DNA of 64,000 nt from a virus. Lineage: Duplodnaviria > Caudoviricetes. A program made the translations under genes and the position numbers. The DNA lies in the IMG/VR virus record IMGVR_UViG_3300028549_000365, positions 1-64,000 of that record; one strand, given 5' to 3'. The notes below the pieces were generated by a model. The model had not been told where the DNA came from. It saw nothing but the letters and a program-made list of their open reading frames with translations, and ran no database searches. Positions 1 to 8,978 of the stretch are shown piece after piece. Positions within the stretch are counted from its first letter, which is position 1. Every line of letters begins with the position of its first letter.

Positions 1-660
1 AGATGGTACTACTGTATCTAAATCTACACCTGTAACTGTAAGTGGTATGTCTAACTGTGTTGGTATAGAGGCTGGTGCAGATCACACAGTGTTCCTACTA
101 GCAGATGGTACTGTTCAAGCAGTTGGTTATAATGACTTTGGTCAACTATCAGATGGTACTACTGTTAGTAAACCTATACCTGTAGCTGTAAGTGGTATAA
201 CTAACTGTATAGGTATAGAAGCTGGTTATGTTCATACAGTATTTCTACTATCAGACGGTACTGTTAAGTCAGTTGGTCGTAATAACTTTGGTCAACTAGG
301 AGATGGTACTACTGATAATAAATCTATACCTGTTACAGTAACTGGTATAACTAACTGTGTAGGTATAGCAGCTGGTTATTATCATACAGTATTCTTATTA
401 GAAGATGGTACTGTTCAAGCAGTTGGTTATAATGACTTTGGTCAACTAGGAGATGGTACTACTGTTGGTAAATCTACACCTGTACCTGTATCTGGTATAA
501 CTAACTGTGTAGGTATATCAGCTGGTTCATCCCACACAGTATTCCTACTATCAGACGGTACTGTTAAGTCAGTTGGTAATAATAACTTTGGTCAACTAGG
601 AGATGGTACTACTGTTGATAAATCTACACCTGTATTAGTAAGCGGTATAACTAACATAAA
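1..660 (+). repeat. 150-nt coding tandem repeat (RCC1 blades)
   Basis: His codon of HTVFLL at 83, 233, 383, 533 (exact 150-nt period). Confidence 0.95.
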
Positions 661-676
661 ACAATATAAATTATAA
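2..676 (+). CDS. RCC1/BLIP-II repeat beta-propeller protein (5'-truncated; probable receptor-binding protein)
   Basis: Frame is open from position 2 (DGTTVSKSTPVTVSGMSN...), so the true start lies upstream of the window. 50-aa repeats HTVFLLxDGTVxxVGxNxxGQLGDGTT...SGITNCIGIxAG are the RCC1 signature. Confidence 0.9.
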   Translation, partial: DGTTVSKSTPVTVSGMSNCVGIEAGADHTVFLLADGTVQAVGYNDFGQLSDGTTVSKPIPVAVSGITNCIGIEAGYVHTVFLLSDGTVKSVGRNNFGQLGDGTTDNKSIPVTVTGITNCVGIAAGYYHTVFLLEDGTVQAVGYNDFGQLGDGTTVGKSTPVPVSGITNCVGISAGSSHTVFLLSDGTVKSVGNNNFGQLGDGTTVDKSTPVLVSGITNIKQYKL

Positions 677-692
677 AAGAAAAGGATAAATT

Positions 693-902
693 ATGATATT
701 AAAAATATTTTACACAAATGAAGAAAACATAGGTGAACACAGAATGCCTATTAACAAAGAGTTGGTTCTTAGTAAAGAATCTGAAGATGATACAATGGAA
801 GAAGGTTTTGTTGTCGTTTCTAAATGGGATCTAGAAGAATGGAAACAAATAGAAATAAGAAACGCAGCTGCGTTAGCTGAACAAGCTAAAACTCAAGAAT
901 AG
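693..902 (+). CDS. small acidic hypothetical protein between the RCC1 genes (possible fibre assembly factor)
   Basis: AAGGA RBS, followed by a terminator hairpin; function inferred from position only. Confidence 0.6.
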   Translation: MILKIFYTNEENIGEHRMPINKELVLSKESEDDTMEEGFVVVSKWDLEEWKQIEIRNAAALAEQAKTQE

Positions 903-907
903 TTATC

Positions 908-935
908 CTAAGATAGAGGTAATTCTCTATCTTAG
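908..935 (+). terminator. hairpin terminator
   Basis: CTAAGATAGAG-gtaatt-CTCTATCTTAG, 11-bp stem directly after the stop at 902. Confidence 0.65.
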
Positions 936-971
936 TTGATTGATTATTTGAATAAATTATAAGGAAATAGT

Positions 972-2717
972 ATGACTAATATAATAGAACAGGAATTAAG
1001 AGCTAGTACAGAAGATCACGCTAGTCTAGTTTTACCAGAAGGTGTAATAACTATTAACAGTGATACAAACGCAGCTGTTGTCCACGATAATACAACACTT
1101 GGTGGTAACATAGTACCGACAGCTAATATGTTACAAGAAGTAGCTGATTCAGTTAGTGATGTTATAACTAATCTAGGTGGAAGTAAAATAGAACTAATAG
1201 GTAATGTATTAAGGTTTACAGATGAATTTGGTATAATTAATGATATAGACTTATCAATATATTTAAATACAGTTAACCCAGTTAAGATTATAAGTTCAAC
1301 AGTGACTGAACAAGGTGTAATAACATTTAACAAAGATGATGATAGTAGTTTTATAATAGATGTAACTGATATAATGAATATAAGAAAAGACTTAACTAAA
1401 GTTGATCTTATTAATATGGGCATAAGTGTAAATGACTTTACTAATATAAATGAAATACCTGAGACACTAGCTTTAAGTTTAAAGGGTGGTGTTGGTTCAA
1501 ATGGTGCTGATGGTTCATTTACTAACAATAGTAAGTTTAAACAAGTATCACTATCTACAGTTGATATAACACCTAATAATAGTATATACACTAACAATAA
1601 CGGAGTTAGTTACTTACTGACTGATGATGGTTGGTACAGATTAGGTAAGTTGGTAATTCCACCTAGGGTTAATAACATATCAGCTGGTAATTCTCACACA
1701 GTATTCCTACTATCAGATGGTACTGTTCAAGCAGTTGGTTATAATGACTATGGTCAACTAGGAGATGGTACTACTACTAATAGATCTACACCTGTACCTG
1801 TAAGTGGTATATCTAACTGTATAGGTATAGAAGCTGGTTATGTTCATACAGTATTTCTACTATCAGATGGTACTTGTAAAGCAGTTGGTCGTAATAACTA
1901 TGGTGAACTAGGAGATGGTACTACTACTAATAGATCTATAGCAGTTACAGTAAGTGGTATAACTAACTGTATAGGTATAGACGCTAGTGAAGATCATACA
2001 GTATTCCTACTATCAGACGGTACTGTTAAAGCAGTTGGTAGTAATGGTTCTGGACGACTAGGTGATGGTACTACTACTAATAGATCTATAGCAGTTACAG
2101 TAAGTGGTATAACTAACTGTATAGGTATAGCAACTGGTCAGCAACATACAGTATTCCTACTATCAAATGGTACTGTCAAAGCAGTTGGTACTAATATAGC
2201 TGGTAATCTAGGAGATGGTACTACCACACAAAGAACTACACCTGTAGCTGTAAGTGGTGTAACTAACTGTATATCTGTAACAGCTGGTAACATTCACACA
2301 GTATTTCTACTATCAGATGGTACTTGTAAGGCAGTTGGTAATAATGGTAATGGTATTAATGCATCTACACCTATATCTGTATCTGGTGTAACTAACTGTA
2401 TAGGTATAGAATCTGGTGGTGATCATACAGTATTCCTACTAGCAGATAAGACTGTTAAAACAGTTGGTAGTAATAATGAAGGTCAACTAGGAGATGGTAC
2501 TGCTACTAGTAAATCTACACCTATAACAGTACCTGGTATAACTAACTGTATAGGTATAACAGCTGATTACTATCACACAGTATTCCTACTATCAGATGGT
2601 ACTTGTAAAGCAGTTGGTCATAATTACTATGGTCAACTAGGAGATGGTACTAATGTTAGTAAACGTACACCTGTAAGTTGTAACGTTGTCGAACTTACCA
2701 AGTCTATGCTTTCTTAA
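972..2717 (+). CDS. putative tail/receptor-binding protein: Mtd_N-like N-terminus plus 7-bladed RCC1 propeller
   Basis: N-terminal RASTEDHASLVLPEGVITINSDTNAAVVHDNTTLGG resembles the major tropism determinant N-terminal domain; seven HTVFLL RCC1 blades in the C-terminal half. Confidence 0.85.
   Translation: MTNIIEQELRASTEDHASLVLPEGVITINSDTNAAVVHDNTTLGGNIVPTANMLQEVADSVSDVITNLGGSKIELIGNVLRFTDEFGIINDIDLSIYLNTVNPVKIISSTVTEQGVITFNKDDDSSFIIDVTDIMNIRKDLTKVDLINMGISVNDFTNINEIPETLALSLKGGVGSNGADGSFTNNSKFKQVSLSTVDITPNNSIYTNNNGVSYLLTDDGWYRLGKLVIPPRVNNISAGNSHTVFLLSDGTVQAVGYNDYGQLGDGTTTNRSTPVPVSGISNCIGIEAGYVHTVFLLSDGTCKAVGRNNYGELGDGTTTNRSIAVTVSGITNCIGIDASEDHTVFLLSDGTVKAVGSNGSGRLGDGTTTNRSIAVTVSGITNCIGIATGQQHTVFLLSNGTVKAVGTNIAGNLGDGTTTQRTTPVAVSGVTNCISVTAGNIHTVFLLSDGTCKAVGNNGNGINASTPISVSGVTNCIGIESGGDHTVFLLADKTVKTVGSNNEGQLGDGTATSKSTPITVPGITNCIGITADYYHTVFLLSDGTCKAVGHNYYGQLGDGTNVSKRTPVSCNVVELTKSMLS
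1695..2690 (+). repeat. 150-nt coding tandem repeat, 7 RCC1 blades
   Basis: His codons at 1695, 1845, 1995, 2145, 2295, 2424, 2574; the fifth unit is 129 nt (21-nt in-frame deletion). Confidence 0.95.
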
Positions 2718-2737
2718 ATTTAATATAAAGGTAAAAT

Positions 2738-3010
2738 ATGATATCTATAAAAGAAGATGAAACGTTACACGGAGTCACAATGACTGACCCAGAACCAGAT
2801 GTTGTACATGAATTAATGTTCAACCCTAGAGAATTCGATTTAGAAATACCTACAGAAATTCTATTTATTTCTATAAATAACATTATAGTTAAAATAGAAT
2901 TTCCTATAGAATATCTAAATGATGAATTCATCGTGGAGGTTAATGAGAAACAGTTTAAAGGTAATTTCATAATCAATTATGATTTTAAATCGCCTACTGT
3001 TTTGAGTTAA
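2738..3010 (+). CDS. hypothetical protein
   Basis: ORF with AAGG RBS in the fibre cluster; no recognisable motif. Confidence 0.65.
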   Translation: MISIKEDETLHGVTMTDPEPDVVHELMFNPREFDLEIPTEILFISINNIIVKIEFPIEYLNDEFIVEVNEKQFKGNFIINYDFKSPTVLS

Positions 3011-3016
3011 TATATT

Positions 3017-3241
3017 ATGGCTGAGATAGTAGCACAACAAAGGGCTACGACAGAAGTCATAGCTGAGTACGTAGGTCCAGAAGGTCAACTTGTAGTAGAT
3101 ATAACGTTAAAGACTGTATCGGTACAAGATGGTGTCACACCTGGCGGTAGTTACTTAGTAACTAAAAAAGAATTTGAAGAAGTTACTAATATAGACACAG
3201 ATTTAGTAGCTTATTTCCAAGAAGAATTAATTAAGCAATAA
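3017..3241 (+). CDS. stand-alone Mtd_N-like (tropism determinant N-terminal) mini-protein
   Basis: QQRATTEVIAEYVGPEGQLVVDITLKTVSVQDGVTPGG fits the RxGT...GxxGExxVDxxxKTxxVxDGxTxGG pattern. Confidence 0.7.
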   Translation: MAEIVAQQRATTEVIAEYVGPEGQLVVDITLKTVSVQDGVTPGGSYLVTKKEFEEVTNIDTDLVAYFQEELIKQ

Positions 3242-3384
3242 TATACACTATATCATTGCATAATGTTAATATCTTAATAAAGGAGAGTAATGTAATACAT
3301 AAGGATATAAATTTTAATATATTATTTAGTTACGGTACATGTTGCGCGGTAAGCACGTTATAAAATAAAAAAAAAGGATAAAAG

Positions 3385-4788
3385 ATGACTTTACATCAGA
3401 ACTTATTAAATTTAGTTGCTAATATAGCAACAGCTATGAAAGGTAGAATCTCTACTACAGAAAAAGGTACCGTTAATGGTGTTGCTACACTAGATGACGC
3501 GGGTAAACTTACAGTTTCTCAATTACCAGCTACAGTTGCTACATTAGAAAATGGTAGAATACCAGCGGCACAATTACCTGGGTTTGTTGATGACGTCGTA
3601 GAAGTAGCTAGTAGATCTATTTTGTTTCCAGCTGAACCTGGAGTTCCACCAATTGGGCTAGCGGGTACAATATATATCACACTTGATGATGATAGAGAAT
3701 ATAGATGGACAGGTACTGCGTATCGAGAACTATCTAAAAATGAAGTAACTACTAAACAATTAACAAATGTATCTGATGTTACTAAAGCTGCTTCTGGTCT
3801 CGCACCTACAGCGTATGAAACAAACAGAACTTATAGAATTGGTGAGGTAGCGTATTGGGCAGATACAAATGAAACATTACAAGCTGTTCAAGATAATGTT
3901 ACAGCGGCACCATATTCTGCACCTCATACATCAGCTACGTCTACAGTGTTGATACCAGATGATACTGAATTAATGGGAAGCGGTAGATTGAAAATGAATG
4001 GTGTGTTTGTAGTATCTGACACAGAGGATATGTCTTATGATCAATTCATTGGTGTTATAAATGCATTTGGTGGTGGTACAGTGTATACAGCTGTACTTGT
4101 TAATCAAAAGATTGTTATTACAAGAAAAGACGGTGGTGTGTTAGATCTATTTGTGGATGACGGTGATAATACATTATTTGAATTAAGTAATGGTAGCTTT
4201 AATAGCCTGTACTGGAAAGTAGTTAAGACAGTGGACGCTGTTAACACTATGTTAGAAAATACAACAGATATATCTAAAGCTTACGCTGGGTTACCAGTTA
4301 GAGAGTTTAATCCAGGTCGTGTATATAAATTAGGTGAAGTTGCTTATTCTGCTAACACTACTAAATCGTATCAAACCATAGTAGATAACGTTACAACCAC
4401 TCCTTTAACAGCTCTACCTAATACTGTAATTACGGCATCTGTGTTGGTACCGGACGATACTGAATTAATGGACACTGGAAGTTTAAAACTAAATGGTGTT
4501 TTGGTTATTAGCGATACTAGATTCATGTCTTACAATCAATTCATTAGCGAAATAAATGCATTCGGTGGTGGTACAGTGTATACAGCTAGTATAGTTGATG
4601 GTGTTATATCTATCAAACGATTAGATAATGGTGTGTTAACTGAATTTGCTGAAGTAGGTTCTAATTTTGGATTTACTTTAAGCACTGGTACTATTGATGG
4701 TGCTAAATGGAAAGAAATTACACCTATTGGTGTTGTTGAAGACGACACTGATTTCGCGGCTTTATTCGCTGAGGCTATGTTAGCTTAA
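3385..4788 (+). CDS. fibre-like virion protein with internal 165-aa duplication
   Basis: N-terminal GTVNGVATLDDAGKLTVSQLP...LPGFVDDVVE motif typical of phage fibre proteins; PDDTELM...INAFGGGTVYTA occurs twice, 495 nt apart. Confidence 0.75.
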   Translation: MTLHQNLLNLVANIATAMKGRISTTEKGTVNGVATLDDAGKLTVSQLPATVATLENGRIPAAQLPGFVDDVVEVASRSILFPAEPGVPPIGLAGTIYITLDDDREYRWTGTAYRELSKNEVTTKQLTNVSDVTKAASGLAPTAYETNRTYRIGEVAYWADTNETLQAVQDNVTAAPYSAPHTSATSTVLIPDDTELMGSGRLKMNGVFVVSDTEDMSYDQFIGVINAFGGGTVYTAVLVNQKIVITRKDGGVLDLFVDDGDNTLFELSNGSFNSLYWKVVKTVDAVNTMLENTTDISKAYAGLPVREFNPGRVYKLGEVAYSANTTKSYQTIVDNVTTTPLTALPNTVITASVLVPDDTELMDTGSLKLNGVLVISDTRFMSYNQFISEINAFGGGTVYTASIVDGVISIKRLDNGVLTEFAEVGSNFGFTLSTGTIDGAKWKEITPIGVVEDDTDFAALFAEAMLA

Positions 4789-4795
4789 TATAACG

Positions 4796-4823
4796 ATAAC
4801 CGGTAATATTCGTTACCGGTTAT
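4796..4823 (+). terminator. hairpin terminator
   Basis: ATAACCGGTAA-tattcg-TTACCGGTTAT just after the stop at 4788. Confidence 0.65.
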
Positions 4824-4886
4824 ATTTAATTAAATACTAGTATAGAGGTAATAGTACTATTTAATTAGATAAATAAAAGGATAAAA

Positions 4887-5861
4887 ATGACACACATAGA
4901 AAGATTAATAAACTTAGTTTCAAATATAGCTAACGAAATAAAAAACCGTATACATACAAACAAACTAGGTGTGGCGAATGGTGTTGCTACGTTAAATAAT
5001 TCTGGAAAGATACCTAACGCACAGCTAGATATAGTCGCACCAATAACTTTACCAGGTTATAGTTTAGGAGTTGAAGTATTGACAACAGAAAGATGGATAG
5101 ATGGTAAACCAATATATAGAAAAGTTGTTAGTGGTGTAATACCATCACCCGCAGCAGATATTACTATAGCATCTGGTTTAACTACTGAAGAATATTGTAC
5201 TATTGACGATTTCTATATGGAAACATCAACTGGAAGAACTGTTAGTGGAACATATAGTTATTATGCATCGACATCAGAAGAATTGCTAATTTACTATACA
5301 AAACCAACACATAATATTTCTGTATTTGTAAGTAATTCATACGCTCAGTACGCAGGTAGAACTATTTATATTATATTAAAATACACAAAAACAACTGATT
5401 CAGCTGCTTCACCAACGGCAGTAGTGGGATGTGGTGTGGTACAAACTGGAGATCATGCTAATAATATAGGTTTTACTAGTTCAGCAGGACTACAAGCTAC
5501 AACTGTAACAGGTGCTTTAGATGAATTAAATTATAATATTAAACTAAGAACACCTGTTTGTATGTGTAAATATGAAAATTCAATTGATGTAATTTATAGT
5601 GTTTTTGGTTTTACTGGTGTAGTTAAAGTAGCTGCAGGCGTAACTTCATTTTATTTCGATACGTCCAAGTATAGTGACGTTAATAAAATAATAATAGAGT
5701 GTTGTATTAGTATGAGTGATTATACATCAGTAACATATAGTTGTGGTGTGGTGAACTCAACTACAATGGTAACAGACGGGTACGTAAGGATTATAACACA
5801 ATCATCAGCTGGTACAAACGTAGCTACAGTTGTTTACGTAACAATGTATTATTTAAATTGA
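4887..5861 (+). CDS. fibre-like virion protein
   Basis: N-terminus paralogous to 3385..4788 (LxNLVxNIA...GVANGVATLxxxGKIPxAQL); contains YSLGVEVLTTERWIDGKPIYRKVV, a common phage tail-fibre motif. Confidence 0.75.
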   Translation: MTHIERLINLVSNIANEIKNRIHTNKLGVANGVATLNNSGKIPNAQLDIVAPITLPGYSLGVEVLTTERWIDGKPIYRKVVSGVIPSPAADITIASGLTTEEYCTIDDFYMETSTGRTVSGTYSYYASTSEELLIYYTKPTHNISVFVSNSYAQYAGRTIYIILKYTKTTDSAASPTAVVGCGVVQTGDHANNIGFTSSAGLQATTVTGALDELNYNIKLRTPVCMCKYENSIDVIYSVFGFTGVVKVAAGVTSFYFDTSKYSDVNKIIIECCISMSDYTSVTYSCGVVNSTTMVTDGYVRIITQSSAGTNVATVVYVTMYYLN

Positions 5862-5870
5862 TGATTATAG

Positions 5871-5905
5871 TATACACACACCAATTGGTGTGTGTATATT
5901 TTTTT
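5871..5905 (+). terminator. intrinsic terminator
   Basis: TATACACACACC-aatt-GGTGTGTGTATA followed by a T tract. Confidence 0.85.
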
Positions 5906-5943
5906 ATGTTGACTATTAATATGAATAAATAAAAGGAAATATC

Positions 5944-7338
5944 ATGCTATTTAAAAACAGATACAGTTTTTTATCCAACATGTGTTCGTTAGGACAGACT
6001 GTTAAGATAGGAGATATAGTTGTTAGAACAACTGAGAATTATTATCAAGCGATGAAATCATCTAATCCAGCTATAAGAGATTTTATAGCTCAACTTAACC
6101 CATATGAAGCTAAACGTATAGCTAGAGAAACTAAACAAAAAGAAGATTTTAATAATAACAAACTAACTATAATGAAAGATGCTATAGAAGTTAAGTTTAA
6201 CTTACCTGTATTTAAATTTTTATTATTAGCTACAAACAACACTAAGATAGTAGAAGATAACTATTGGAACGATACATATTGGGGTGTTTGTGAAGGTGTT
6301 GGTGAAAATAACTTAGGTAAACTTATTATGGAAAAGAGAGATAGTTTAAAGACTATAGCTGAAGTAAAATCAAAAATAAAAATAGGTAATATGTATCATA
6401 AAGATGTTATTGAGTATTACGATTATATATGCTTCACTAGTAATTCCACTCTTAATAAAGATAATGAATTAATCATGGGTGCTGGCACGGCTAAAGTTAT
6501 AAAAGACATGTATAATACATTACCAGCTTATTTTGGTAAAGAAGTTATTAAAGGTAACAATAGTTTAATAGTTAATAATGAGTTTAACATTATAGCGTTT
6601 AGAACTAAAGACAACTGGAAAGAAGATAGTAAAATAGAACTTATACAAGAATCTTTAGATAAACTAAGAAAGTTTGCTTTGAAGAATAAAGATAAACGAA
6701 TAGCGTTACCTGTACCAGGTGTTACTAATGGTAATCTTACAGAAGATGTTATTCTACCATTGTTAGCTAATTTACCTAAGAATGTAGATGTATGGTCTTT
6801 ACCTAAAACTAACTGTTACACAGGTATAGGTAGTAGAACATTACCAGAAGAGTATGGTGTTATAATCGATGAGTTAGCAGAGTTAGCTTATAAGTCTAAT
6901 ATAAGATTAAGAGGTGGCGGAGCTGATGGTTCGGATAATCGCTTTGAGAACAAAGCTTATGGTTTAAAAGAGATATATTTACCTTGGAAAGGGTTTAACG
7001 GTAACAAATCTTTGTTATATACACAATCTAATACAGCTGAAACATTTGCTTACTTTTTACATCCTGCGTTTGATAGACTCTCGGACCCCGTAAAGAAGCT
7101 TATGGCTAGAAACGTGTATCAAGTTATAGGTGGTGACTTAAGGACTCCTAGCGACTTTGTAGCGTGTTATACTAAGGATGGTTGTAACTCGCATAAAACA
7201 AGGACTTCAGCTACAGGTGGTACAGGGCAAGCTATATCGTTAGCTAGTTTAATAGGTGTACCAGTTTATAATGTTTTTAATAAAGAAGATTATGAGATGT
7301 TAAAATTACAATTAAAAAGTTTAGTAAAGGATGAGTGA
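5944..7338 (+). CDS. NADAR (YbiA-like) + DarG-like macrodomain + DprA/SLOG-like triple fusion
   Basis: aa 1-135: YSFLSN...TTENYYQAMK...EDNYWNDTYWG...GENNLGKLIM (NADAR). aa 144-285: TSN...MGAGTAK...IAFRTKDNWK...IALPVPGVTNGNL (macrodomain). aa 291-455: YTGIGSR...GGGADGSD...LPWKGFN...ARNVYQVIG...GGTGQAI (SLOG). Confidence 0.85.
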   Translation: MLFKNRYSFLSNMCSLGQTVKIGDIVVRTTENYYQAMKSSNPAIRDFIAQLNPYEAKRIARETKQKEDFNNNKLTIMKDAIEVKFNLPVFKFLLLATNNTKIVEDNYWNDTYWGVCEGVGENNLGKLIMEKRDSLKTIAEVKSKIKIGNMYHKDVIEYYDYICFTSNSTLNKDNELIMGAGTAKVIKDMYNTLPAYFGKEVIKGNNSLIVNNEFNIIAFRTKDNWKEDSKIELIQESLDKLRKFALKNKDKRIALPVPGVTNGNLTEDVILPLLANLPKNVDVWSLPKTNCYTGIGSRTLPEEYGVIIDELAELAYKSNIRLRGGGADGSDNRFENKAYGLKEIYLPWKGFNGNKSLLYTQSNTAETFAYFLHPAFDRLSDPVKKLMARNVYQVIGGDLRTPSDFVACYTKDGCNSHKTRTSATGGTGQAISLASLIGVPVYNVFNKEDYEMLKLQLKSLVKDE

Positions 7339-8093
7339 TGGAACAATATATAGATTTACAAAGAATAGAGATGGAAAAGAAACCAGTAGAAATACTTATT
7401 AAAATAGATAAAGTAGCTCTTTTAATAAACAATGAAGCTATGGATATACCAGAAGTTATGTATATTAGAGATATACAGATTAAACAAGTATATCTTAACC
7501 TTATAAAAGAGTATCTTGATGCTGTCGACTTTCTAGAACCAGATATTGAAGCTAGAAAATATAGAAATATGTTTCTAGTGTTTGACTGTTTTGATTTACG
7601 TAAAGAGGTTGATGAACGTTATCGTAAGCATCAAATACCGTTTATACAAATGACAGATAATACTAATGATTGTACGTTAACACATTCTGAAGTTGAAGAA
7701 ACATTTGAAGATATTCACCCAGAGTATGTCAGTAGTAAACCTAACTTTAAACCACACACTATGGGGAGATGTTTTATAAACCCTACTATGGTGAAAGCTC
7801 ATACTGACGCAGAATGGGCTAAGCATAAATTAGAAGAAGCTAAAAATAGCACTGAAGATTTTATAATACAAAGTGAATACGAGAAAACCATACCTGATAA
7901 TGTAAAAGTTGTTACATTCGGAGACGAACAAAGAAGCTTTGCTTTTACAGGAACCACTTGTTGTAGTGAGGTCACTACAGAGGAACAGATTAAAAAAGTT
8001 AAGGAAACTAAGGTTTGTAAAAAAGCTAAAACTAAACCTGATAAAACACGTAAGAATAATATAGAATTAGGTGGGTTATGGTTATTCACTTAA
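7335..8093 (+). CDS. hypothetical protein
   Basis: Overlaps the upstream stop, AAGGA RBS; no motif recognised. Confidence 0.75.
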   Translation: MMEQYIDLQRIEMEKKPVEILIKIDKVALLINNEAMDIPEVMYIRDIQIKQVYLNLIKEYLDAVDFLEPDIEARKYRNMFLVFDCFDLRKEVDERYRKHQIPFIQMTDNTNDCTLTHSEVEETFEDIHPEYVSSKPNFKPHTMGRCFINPTMVKAHTDAEWAKHKLEEAKNSTEDFIIQSEYEKTIPDNVKVVTFGDEQRSFAFTGTTCCSEVTTEEQIKKVKETKVCKKAKTKPDKTRKNNIELGGLWLFT

Positions 8094-8376
8094 CAAGAAA
8101 GGATATACTTTGATAAGAATTAGAAAACCACCTAGTCTTAGAAAAAATGATAAATTTACAATTATGTACACTAGATGTAATAACTTTGCACAAGTGTATA
8201 TTTATTTTAAAGATTGTTATTATGACATAATGTTTATTATGCCTAGGTTGTATTATAATGAATTTGATACTAAACGTCAAGTAGGTGTTGACGTACCAAC
8301 TGCGTACAACAAATTCTTTAGTACTTTAAAAGAATTAAGTTACCATTTAAAAAGGAGATTTAAAAATGGAAAATAA
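8071..8376 (+). CDS. hypothetical protein
   Basis: Co-directional overlapping ORF in a packed run. Confidence 0.65.
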   Translation: MGYGYSLNKKGYTLIRIRKPPSLRKNDKFTIMYTRCNNFAQVYIYFKDCYYDIMFIMPRLYYNEFDTKRQVGVDVPTAYNKFFSTLKELSYHLKRRFKNGK

Positions 8377-8977
8377 ACCAAGTGTTTCAAAAACACTAAT
8401 GACTATGCTAAGTCAAGCGTTTAAAATATGTGTGATATGGGTTTTATTAGCGTTGATACCGTACTATACAGGAGTACTATTAAGTATTTGGTACCCACTT
8501 AACCAAGAACAAATTGATGTTAGTATACTAAGTCTATTTACAATAGAAAGTACTATAGAGAATACTATCGGAACAACATTATATAGATATGGCGTATTAG
8601 TAGATGCAGTTATTGCTTTACTTATAATTGCATTTATACTCTGGTATAAACACACTAGAGACTATCTTGAAGGTGAAGTTACATTAGATGAAACAGAAAC
8701 CGCTCAATCATACTCATATGTACCATATGTACTACGTGGGTGTAAAAATAACATAGTAACCAAGAGTCAGCTTAGAATAGATGAACTAAAACATTTATAT
8801 AAGTTAACAATTGATACTAATGATTATATGGGAGCCGGGTGTTTATATCTATACGAGAATAATAAGTTTGTTAAAAAGTTTTGGGATGTGTGGTTCGGAA
8901 AAGATATTATTCTTACTAAAGAAGAGAGTGTTAATATTCATATTCTGACAAACTATACATTATCAAAGGAGGAATAG
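8366..8977 (+). CDS. hypothetical membrane protein
   Basis: Two hydrophobic stretches (ICVIWVLLALIPYYTGVLLSIW; GVLVDAVIALLIIAFILWY); AAGGAG RBS. Confidence 0.75.
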   Translation: MENKPSVSKTLMTMLSQAFKICVIWVLLALIPYYTGVLLSIWYPLNQEQIDVSILSLFTIESTIENTIGTTLYRYGVLVDAVIALLIIAFILWYKHTRDYLEGEVTLDETETAQSYSYVPYVLRGCKNNIVTKSQLRIDELKHLYKLTIDTNDYMGAGCLYLYENNKFVKKFWDVWFGKDIILTKEESVNIHILTNYTLSKEE

Positions 8978-8978
8978 T

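Noticed and set aside
1016-1597. Long antisense ORFs in the track (e.g. 1016..1597, 13869..14369, 19012..19440, 38592..39056, 41343..41786, 54322..54957, 58430..58798)
   Set aside because: They lie fully opposite well-supported genes, lack RBSs and show the Leu/Ser/Ile-rich composition of shadow frames.
1-2690. CRISPR-like array
   Set aside because: The 150-nt period is a protein repeat with synonymous variation; there is no constant repeat plus unique spacer structure.
1-3241. Diversity-generating retroelement, suggested by Mtd_N domains and near-identical repeats
   Set aside because: Differences between repeats are not limited to adenines, all repeats are in-frame coding blades, and no reverse transcriptase is in the window. 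One elsewhere in the genome cannot be excluded.
3281-3295. AGGAG followed by ATG-TAA (start-stop mini-ORF)
   Set aside because: Spacing is short (4 nt) and such a match can arise by chance in AT-rich DNA; may be a relic of a deleted gene; no further support.
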